A stretch of 64,000 nucleotides of DNA from Kiritimatiellota bacterium (GTDB lineage: Bacteria; Verrucomicrobiota; Kiritimatiellia; JAAZAB01), in the NCBI GenBank assembly GCA_026398415.1, contig JAPLSY010000087.1:17826-81825 (forward strand), in the 5' to 3' direction. Shown here piece by piece: positions 57,738-64,000 of the stretch (its first letter is position 1; every line of letters begins with the position of its first letter). The notes beneath the pieces are model-generated. The model was not told the DNA's origin, made no database searches, and worked only from the letters and a program-made list of their open reading frames with translations. Position numbers and translations under genes: made by a program.

Positions 57738-59228
57738 ATGCGCATTGCCGTCGTCTCTGATATCCACGCCAATCTGCAAGCCTGGAATGCGGTCTGGCTG
57801 GATATCCGCAGTATGGCTGTGGACCAAGTGGTGAGCCTGGGCGACGCCATCGGCTACGGCCCGAACCCGGCTGAGGTTCTCGAAGCGCTCTATACCTCGG
57901 TGGATTATTTCGTGCTCGGCAACCACGATGCCGCCATTTGCGGCAAGATTGACCCGGCGCTGTTCAGCAACACGGCCCGCGTCCTGATAGGCTGGACGGC
58001 AGACCACCTGGGACCCCGCGCGATTCAAGAGTTGAACACTTGGCCATTGACGCTTGCCGGCCCGAATTTCCGATGCGCGCACGGTGAATTCGGCAATCCC
58101 GAATACTTCCACTATGTCTTTGATCCCGCCGAAACCGAGCCCAGCTGGCAGGCCGTGCCGGAGCCCCTGCTGTTCATCGGGCACACTCACCAGCCCTGTC
58201 TTTATGTCATCGGCGCCAGTCTCACACCCCACGCGTTAAGCCCGCAGGATTTTATGCTCGAACCTGGCAAGCGTTACCTGGTCAACACCGGATCTGTGGG
58301 CTATTCCCGCGATGGTGATCCGCGGGCCAGTTATTGCATTTACGACACCGTGGAGGGTTCGGTGTACTGGCGTCGCATTCCTTTCGATCTCGATGCTTAT
58401 CGCGTCGCGCTGAATGGCGCGGGGCTCCCCATTGAGGCCACCGCCCTGCTCGAGTCCGATCCGCGCAAGGACCGACCGCCCCTGAGGGAACTGATTACAT
58501 TCCACCCACCCGATCGTCCGGAGCAAGCGGTTAAAAACACCATCGAGGTTCAGCATGTTGACGCACTGCGCCGGCGTGTGCGGCGTTGGCAACTGCTGGC
58601 CGCGGGAGCGTTGACATTCCTGACAGCGCTGCTGGCCACCGCTGGCGTGCTGGGCTGGCGTTATGCGCACCGTGAATTGGATATCGTCGGCGCGACTTTG
58701 TCCGCCCGCACCCCGGATTCAGAGCCCGACAACAATCTGCTGGTTTTCCCCGAAGCCCCCGTGCCTGCTTATCAACCGGTCCCAGGCTGGCACATTCACT
58801 TGGGCAACCGCTACCGCCAGATGGTGGCTTGGGACTTGGCGGACGGACGGCCCGGATGGAATTTACAGTCAAGCAGGGCAAACGAACTGTGGATTGCCTC
58901 GCCCTTGATTTCGGTGGCGCCGGACATGAAATTCACCCTGCAAGGCCGCGTCTGGAAGAGTTCCGATTTCAAGGGATCCCTCGCCGTCGTCGTCTCGCTC
59001 GTGCGGCGCATCGAAATCGGACCCGAGACCTCGGGACGCCCCGAGGTAATCGAACGCTTCGTGGTTAAAGAACCCACCCGCGTCCGGACCGATGGATGGT
59101 CGCTGATCAAGCAGACGTTCGAAATTCCCGCCCGCGCCGAGGCGATCAGCGTCCAAATCCGCGGCCGCTTTCAAGGCGCCGCGTCCCTGTGCGACCTCAG
59201 CCTGGAACGGAAGAACAGTAATCAATGA
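57738..59228 (+). CDS. membrane-anchored metallophosphoesterase (calcineurin-like) with ~190-aa C-terminal extracytoplasmic domain
   Basis: Motifs MRIAVVSDIHAN, LGDAIGYG, GNHD and GHTH. TM helix WQLLAAGALTFLTALLATAGVLGW. C-terminal domain of unknown function. Confidence 0.7.
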   Translation: MRIAVVSDIHANLQAWNAVWLDIRSMAVDQVVSLGDAIGYGPNPAEVLEALYTSVDYFVLGNHDAAICGKIDPALFSNTARVLIGWTADHLGPRAIQELNTWPLTLAGPNFRCAHGEFGNPEYFHYVFDPAETEPSWQAVPEPLLFIGHTHQPCLYVIGASLTPHALSPQDFMLEPGKRYLVNTGSVGYSRDGDPRASYCIYDTVEGSVYWRRIPFDLDAYRVALNGAGLPIEATALLESDPRKDRPPLRELITFHPPDRPEQAVKNTIEVQHVDALRRRVRRWQLLAAGALTFLTALLATAGVLGWRYAHRELDIVGATLSARTPDSEPDNNLLVFPEAPVPAYQPVPGWHIHLGNRYRQMVAWDLADGRPGWNLQSSRANELWIASPLISVAPDMKFTLQGRVWKSSDFKGSLAVVVSLVRRIEIGPETSGRPEVIERFVVKEPTRVRTDGWSLIKQTFEIPARAEAISVQIRGRFQGAASLCDLSLERKNSNQ

Positions 59229-59258
59229 TTAGTGATCAGCGAAGAAGTCCGGCACCCT
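59193..59258 (+). repeat. left copy of a ~60-bp direct repeat flanking the sialidase-like/beta-helix cassette
   Basis: ctgtgcgacctcagcctggaacggaagaacagtaatcaatgattagtgatcagcgaagaagtccgg matches 62652-62710 at ~85% with one 7-bp indel. It overlaps the last codons of the phosphoesterase gene. Confidence 0.75.
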
Positions 59259-59436
59259 GGGCAAGCACTTTCGCTGATAAATAAATTATCTGGACAAGCA
59301 ACAGAAAAACAAGAAAATGACAATCAAGAACAATGCTATTTTGGCACGTGTAGTATAATTGTTTCCAAACTGGCCAGGCTCCGCCCAGGCGAGCGCCATT
59401 GTTCGAAAAACAAAAGCGAAGGAAAGGTGAACGGCA

Positions 59437-61152
59437 ATGAAAAAAGTCCTTTTCATGATCTTTGGGATCTTTGTTCTTGCAGCGGCTTTTGCCGCAGAGG
59501 AAAAATGGATATACGTGATTGATGACAAAGGATTGGCCAAAGGCATCGTCGGTTGGACGGGGGCACAGACTTCAAATGAGGCCACCGCGGAAGGCCTGAG
59601 GATCATGGATCCGTCTACGAATAAAGGCAGCGGACGCCTTTACTCTGTCAACTGGAATATTGATCCGGCGGCCGGCGCCATTGTTGAAGCCGGCATGAAA
59701 ACCATTAGTTGTTCCGGCGAGTCCGGTAATTGTTTAGGCGTTTCGGACGGAGTCCATGGAGGTTCTTTCACGTTTTTCCCCAATCGAATTGTGTTCTCCA
59801 GGCCTTCGGCCGAAGTTTCCTTCCAGACCGACGACGCGTTTCACACTTATCGCATCGAAATAAAAGGCGAAGATATAAAATTCCTTGCGGACGGAACACT
59901 CCTTTGGGATGGGAAAGGCCAGTTTAGCCAACCGGTCGCTGACAACGGCAACAGTGTGTATTTTGGCTCCGGTTCTTCGGCCGCCACAGGCGAAGCCATA
60001 TGGAAATTTGTTCGTTTTAAAATTTCAGGTACTGCCAAGGAAGAAAAGGTTGTAATTCCAGAAGCCCCGGACCTGGAAATCAGTCTGGGCAAGATGGTAA
60101 CCATCGTTCCCTCTGATGCGTCGGAATTCATTTCTTTCTTCCGCTATAAAGACGGCCGAATGGTGGTCTCCGGCAACTGGTCGGAAGATGGAGGGAACAC
60201 CTGGAACAAACGAAATCAGTCCAGTCCGGGAATTAGCGCCGTAGAGCTTCCTGACGGAACGATTATCCAGCCGGGTTGGACAGCCAATTATGTATCCCCT
60301 GGCGTATACGAAGCTGACCTTGCCACATGGACGCCTGACGGGAAACTTTCGCAGGAAAAAGCCAAAGCCTTTATTCCCGATGGTGCCGGGGGGGTTAAAG
60401 ATGATGCCGGGGTTTATCATAAATCGACAGGTGTTTTTGACCATGGCACCGTCCAGCTTTCCGATGGCAGCCTATTATCCGTCATATACGGTAATTTTAA
60501 GGATGACAAGGTCCAGATTCCTACCTATGACTTTACAATATACAAAACTCGCGTATGGGTAATGCATTCAACGGACAAAGGCAAGACTTGGAATTATCTT
60601 GCCACGGTTGCCTATGATCCGGAAATCGGATTGGAAAGTTTCTGTGAACCGGGATTACTCCAACTCCCGGACAAGGATATTCTCTGTTTTATGCGTACCG
60701 GCGGCAAGGGCTGGGCTGGGGCCAAATACACACCTTTATATCTGTCGCGTTCCAAGGATGAAGGCAAAAGCTGGTCAAAACCCGTTCCCATTGCTGATTT
60801 TGGAGTGTATCCCAATGCGGCGCGCGCTGCAAATGGCGTTTTAGCCGTGGTTTACGGGCGGCCACATCACGAGGTTGCTTTCAGTGCAGACAACGGCAAG
60901 ACATGGCAGGGCCATTTTAAATTCAGCGGTGGGGGTGGTAGTTTCTATGATTTTATTGCCGCCGTGGACAAAGATACCTTTCTCGTGATTTACCCCAGGA
61001 AAGGAAGATTAGACGTTGAACAAGGAAAAATCGTAGACGATGCGGTTGGGAGATTTATCACGGTAAAGCCGAAAGTAAAACCATCCAACTGTCCCGTGGT
61101 GCGTGCTTTTCAAAGTTTCCGTAATTTTGTGCGAGCAAAGTTGCATTTTTGA
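59437..61152 (+). CDS. secreted BNR/Asp-box (exo-alpha-sialidase-like) protein with N-terminal ConA/LamG-like domain (paralog of 5199-7142)
   Basis: GAAGGAAAGG RBS. Signal peptide MKKVLFMIFGIFVLAAAFA. Asp-box motifs (STDKGKTW, SRSKDEGKSW, SADNGKTW). FHTYRIEIKGEDIKFLADG...IWKFVRF domain. Confidence 0.7.
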   Translation: MKKVLFMIFGIFVLAAAFAAEEKWIYVIDDKGLAKGIVGWTGAQTSNEATAEGLRIMDPSTNKGSGRLYSVNWNIDPAAGAIVEAGMKTISCSGESGNCLGVSDGVHGGSFTFFPNRIVFSRPSAEVSFQTDDAFHTYRIEIKGEDIKFLADGTLLWDGKGQFSQPVADNGNSVYFGSGSSAATGEAIWKFVRFKISGTAKEEKVVIPEAPDLEISLGKMVTIVPSDASEFISFFRYKDGRMVVSGNWSEDGGNTWNKRNQSSPGISAVELPDGTIIQPGWTANYVSPGVYEADLATWTPDGKLSQEKAKAFIPDGAGGVKDDAGVYHKSTGVFDHGTVQLSDGSLLSVIYGNFKDDKVQIPTYDFTIYKTRVWVMHSTDKGKTWNYLATVAYDPEIGLESFCEPGLLQLPDKDILCFMRTGGKGWAGAKYTPLYLSRSKDEGKSWSKPVPIADFGVYPNAARAANGVLAVVYGRPHHEVAFSADNGKTWQGHFKFSGGGGSFYDFIAAVDKDTFLVIYPRKGRLDVEQGKIVDDAVGRFITVKPKVKPSNCPVVRAFQSFRNFVRAKLHF

Positions 61153-61194
61153 ACTGGAATGGTAATTTAGGACAACGATGGACATCTTGACAAA

Positions 61195-62592
61195 GTGAGA
61201 CGCACTACGAAAACTCAATACTTGCAACGGATGTTGATTGGATTTGGGCTGGCGATGGCCTTGGCCGTGCCCTGGGCATCGGCGACGAATTATTACGTAG
61301 TGGCGTCGAGCCAGCAACCGTCGCCGACATGGCCCTGGACCAATTGGGCATGGGCCCATACCAACCTGATCGAAGTCGTTGCCGGCGCCCGCGACACCGA
61401 CGTAGTGTATGTGACCAACAACGCCACCTATTGGCTCACGAATAAAATAACCGTCAGCTACGCCATGACGGTGCGGAGTTGGGGGCCGGGCGGGATCCTG
61501 GACCCGACCAACACGATCCTGAGCGGCAGATATCCCAGTGCAATCAACCGGCATTTTACGCTTAACAATGCCGGGGCCACCGTGGCGGGATTTACGCTCA
61601 CAAAGGGGTACGAGAGTTCCGGCGGGTCAATTTATTTGCAGAATGGAATGGTGACGAACTGCATAATCGTGAGCAACGTTGCCTATTCCTCTTCCGGAGG
61701 TGGTGTGCATATGCTAACCGGTACTGGAGGCGTGTGGAATTGCACAATTAGAGGCAACATAGCATCAAACACTTCGGGGTCGGGCGGAGGGCTTTGGACC
61801 CAGTCCGGGGGACCGTGGTGGATTGCAAATTGTACAATCTCCGCCAATTCTACTGGATACGGTTGTGAAGGCGGGGCGATCACGGCCGTTGCCGCGTCTA
61901 CGATTATCAGCAATTGCTGGATTGTATCCAATGTAGGATCATGGAGCGCCGGCGGAATACGTCTGGCGGCCGGTGCGGCATGCTATAATTCCTTTATCAT
62001 GGGCAATTCAGCGGAATGTTATCCCGGCGCAGGTTTTGGTTTTGGGGGTGGCTTGCGTATGATCGGTGACGGTGCCTTGATCAGAAATTGTTTAATTATT
62101 AACAATCATTCGTCTAGTCATGGTGGTGGAATCAAAGGTGATTGGAGTCTTAAAATTCAAAACTGTACGATTGCCAGCAACGTAGCTGTAGGAAGCGGAG
62201 GCGGATACGCTTACGAACAAAGCGTTGGTTCCCCGGCAATTGAAAACACAATAATATGGGGCAATAGCGGAAGCGGAATTTATTCTAATTTGTACATAAC
62301 TGTGGGTACAAATACATTTACCAACTGCTGCACCTCGCCGAGAATTGTCGTCAATTCTTATGTCAGCGATGTGGTCAATACCATCACCAACGATCCGCGG
62401 TATGTGAATATCGCAACGGGCGATTTCCGATTGCAATCGGATTCGCCTTGTATCAATGCCGGGGTAAATCGGGAGTGGATGGATGGTACGCTGGATTATT
62501 ACGGCAATCGGCGTATTGATACTTTCCGCAAAATCGTCGATATCGGCGCCTACGAGTATCTCTGTCCCGGCACAGTGTTCATCGGCCATTAA
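61195..62592 (+). CDS. secreted right-handed beta-helix protein (paralog of 9803-11230)
   Basis: Conserved GTG start frame (VRRTTKTQYLQRMLIG). Signal peptide. Beta-helix NC.I repeats. Shared C-terminal CINAGVNREWMDG...DIGAYEY motif. Confidence 0.65.
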   Translation: MRRTTKTQYLQRMLIGFGLAMALAVPWASATNYYVVASSQQPSPTWPWTNWAWAHTNLIEVVAGARDTDVVYVTNNATYWLTNKITVSYAMTVRSWGPGGILDPTNTILSGRYPSAINRHFTLNNAGATVAGFTLTKGYESSGGSIYLQNGMVTNCIIVSNVAYSSSGGGVHMLTGTGGVWNCTIRGNIASNTSGSGGGLWTQSGGPWWIANCTISANSTGYGCEGGAITAVAASTIISNCWIVSNVGSWSAGGIRLAAGAACYNSFIMGNSAECYPGAGFGFGGGLRMIGDGALIRNCLIINNHSSSHGGGIKGDWSLKIQNCTIASNVAVGSGGGYAYEQSVGSPAIENTIIWGNSGSGIYSNLYITVGTNTFTNCCTSPRIVVNSYVSDVVNTITNDPRYVNIATGDFRLQSDSPCINAGVNREWMDGTLDYYGNRRIDTFRKIVDIGAYEYLCPGTVFIGH

Positions 62593-62651
62593 GAAATAGA
62601 CGCCATTCGTATTATCGGCAAGTGGAACTTCACATTCTGCCTTTCGGTCAT

Positions 62652-62710
62652 CTGTGCGACCTCAGCCTGAAACAGAAGAACAGTAATCAGTGATCAGTGC
62701 AGAAGTCCGA
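62652..62710 (+). repeat. right copy of the ~60-bp direct repeat flanking the cassette
   Basis: ctgtgcgacctcagcctgaaacagaagaacagtaatcagtgatcagtgcagaagtccga. See the left copy. Confidence 0.75.
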
Positions 62711-62725
62711 TGTCCGTTGTCTGTC

Positions 62726-63967
62726 TTATTGCACGCCGCGGGAAATCATGGCCTGGACAATCTTTTCCAGGGCGATGCAATAGGCCGCCTGGCGGAAGGA
62801 CACTTTCTTGGCGCCGGCCATTTCCTTGACACCGGCATAGGCCTTGCGCAAACGGTTGAAGAGCCGGGTATTGACGTCCTCTTCCTCCCAATAAAACCCC
62901 TCGCGGTTTTGTACCCACTCGAAGTAGGACACGATCACGCCACCGGCATTGGCCAGAATGTCAGGCACCAGCACAATTTTGTGGGATGCCAAAATCTTGT
63001 CGGCCTCCGGCGTGGTGGGCCCGTTGGCGCCCTCAACGATCAGCTTGGCCTTGACGCCCGCCGCATTCTCCGCCGTGATCGTGTTTTCCTTGGCACAGGG
63101 CAAGAAAACATCACACGGATAGGAAACAATATTATCCGCCAGCGGCTTGCCGCCGGGGAAGCCTTCAATAACACCGGCCTGATCGCGGTGTTTAAGCAGT
63201 TCGCGCACGTTCAATCCTTCGGGATTGCAAGTTCCACCCGTGATATCCTGAATGGCGACGACCTTGAGACCACGCTCAAAACAATCCATGGCCGCATGTG
63301 CACCCACGTTGCCGAATCCTTGTACGGCCACCGTGTAATTTTCCAAGCCGACATCCTTAACCGCCTCCAGCATGGTGCAGACCACGCCACGGCCGGTAGC
63401 TTCCTTGCGGCCCAGCGAGCCGCCCAAGGCGATCGGCTTGCCGGTGACTACGCCGCGGGCAACGTCGCGATATTTGCGATATTCGTCATAAATCCAAGCC
63501 ATTTCCCGGGCGCCGGTACCCATGTCGGGCGCGGGAATATCGATGTTGGGCCCAATGTCATTTACCAGGCGGGAGGTATATTTGCGCACCAGCCGTTCCA
63601 GTTCCGTGATCGAAAGGGTTTTTGGGTCCACCGTAATCCCGCCCTTGGCCCCGCCGTAGGGGATGCCGACCAGGGCGGTTTTCAACGTCATCCACAGGGC
63701 CAACGCTTTGACTTCATCCAAGTCCACGTCGGGATGGAACCGGATACCACCCTTGTAACAGCCCAGCACATCGCTGTGCTGGATGCGATAACAGTTAAAC
63801 ACCTTCAGGCCGCCGCGGTCGAGTTGGACCGAGGCCCGGAACATAATCACCTTATCCGGAATGCGCAGACGTTCCATGATTTCCTGCCCTGGGAACCGCT
63901 TGCTGAAGTTCAGGATATCGGCCGTTTTCTGCACTAGACCGATCGCATTCTCCAAGACATTTGCCAT
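62726..63967 (-). CDS. gdhA: Glu/Leu/Phe/Val dehydrogenase-family glutamate dehydrogenase
   Basis: AAAGGAG RBS. Catalytic region KGGIRFHPDVDLDEVKALALWMTLKTALVGIPYGGAKGG. Rossmann GFGNVG. 413 aa. Confidence 0.85.
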   Translation of the reverse strand: MANVLENAIGLVQKTADILNFSKRFPGQEIMERLRIPDKVIMFRASVQLDRGGLKVFNCYRIQHSDVLGCYKGGIRFHPDVDLDEVKALALWMTLKTALVGIPYGGAKGGITVDPKTLSITELERLVRKYTSRLVNDIGPNIDIPAPDMGTGAREMAWIYDEYRKYRDVARGVVTGKPIALGGSLGRKEATGRGVVCTMLEAVKDVGLENYTVAVQGFGNVGAHAAMDCFERGLKVVAIQDITGGTCNPEGLNVRELLKHRDQAGVIEGFPGGKPLADNIVSYPCDVFLPCAKENTITAENAAGVKAKLIVEGANGPTTPEADKILASHKIVLVPDILANAGGVIVSYFEWVQNREGFYWEEEDVNTRLFNRLRKAYAGVKEMAGAKKVSFRQAAYCIALEKIVQAMISRGVQ

Positions 63968-64000
63968 GACACGCTCCTTTTGCTTTTCTTATTTATATCG

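Noticed and set aside
59341-59360. Perfect TATAAT hexamer (59354-59359) upstream of the second sialidase-like gene
   Set aside because: There is no acceptable -35 element or TG extension at the right spacing (TTGGCA is only 7 nt away). A lone -10 hexamer is too weak to call a promoter.
1-64000. CRISPR arrays, rRNA genes, transposases and integrases
   Set aside because: No regular repeat-spacer structure, no rRNA-like conserved stretches, and no ORF with DDE/tyrosine-recombinase motifs were found. The only mobile-like signatures are the direct repeats around the 59.4-62.6 kb cassette and the tRNA-adjacent remnant.

Overview
This 64-kb window is a GC-rich (~60%) bacterial chromosome segment with about 53 protein-coding genes and one tRNA. 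The gene content (DUF4838 protein, BNR/sialidase-like proteins, right-handed beta-helix proteins, many zinc-ribbon membrane proteins) suggests a PVC-superphylum-like organism; that is an inference, not a demonstrated fact.

Layout from left to right:
- 1-11.2 kb: a glycan-degradation-like set. It holds two glycoside-hydrolase-like TIM-barrel lipoproteins, a DUF4838 protein, a BNR/sialidase-like protein and a beta-helix protein. Three of these share a ~200-aa ConA/LamG-like domain.
- 11.3-18.6 kb: mscL, followed by a tightly coupled cluster of zinc-ribbon proteins built around a 1269-aa bitopic giant protein. I rate this the best candidate for an undescribed membrane-associated system in the window.
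- 19.0-21.3 kb: a beta-helix plus FG-GAP-repeat gene that is frameshifted by a perfect 67-bp tandem duplication.
- 21.3-22.3 kb: an AT-rich remnant containing a small GIY-YIG nuclease gene next to tRNA-Ala(CGC).
- 22.4-34.4 kb: housekeeping genes, including a DMT transporter, a TPR protein, an amidase, a DegT aminotransferase, uppS-cdsA-dxr-rseP, a tandem-DUF1284 Cys-rich protein and ispG.
- 34.4-40.4 kb: a translationally coupled minus-strand operon of two Ddl-like ATP-grasp genes, a GNAT gene and a KamA-family radical-SAM gene. This is a candidate beta-lysine-derived metabolite pathway. Upstream of it sit a proline-racemase-family gene and an ornithine-cyclodeaminase-family gene.
- 40.5-47.5 kb: ybaK-like deacylase, two transporters, gcvH, a UPF0210/ACT pair, lipB and an SGNH hydrolase.
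- 47.6-54.4 kb: a LarA-like gene followed by a Nik/Opp-type ABC transporter that has no binding-protein gene in the window, an embedded HAD hydrolase, and an opposite-strand YkgJ gene.
- 54.5-64.0 kb: a standalone GMP-synthase ATP-pyrophosphatase-domain protein, a sugar isomerase/oxidoreductase pair, a membrane-anchored metallophosphoesterase, a second sialidase-like plus beta-helix cassette, and gdhA.

That second cassette is flanked by ~60-bp direct repeats, which reads as an insertion or duplication signature. No CRISPR array, rRNA or recognisable transposase/integrase was found.
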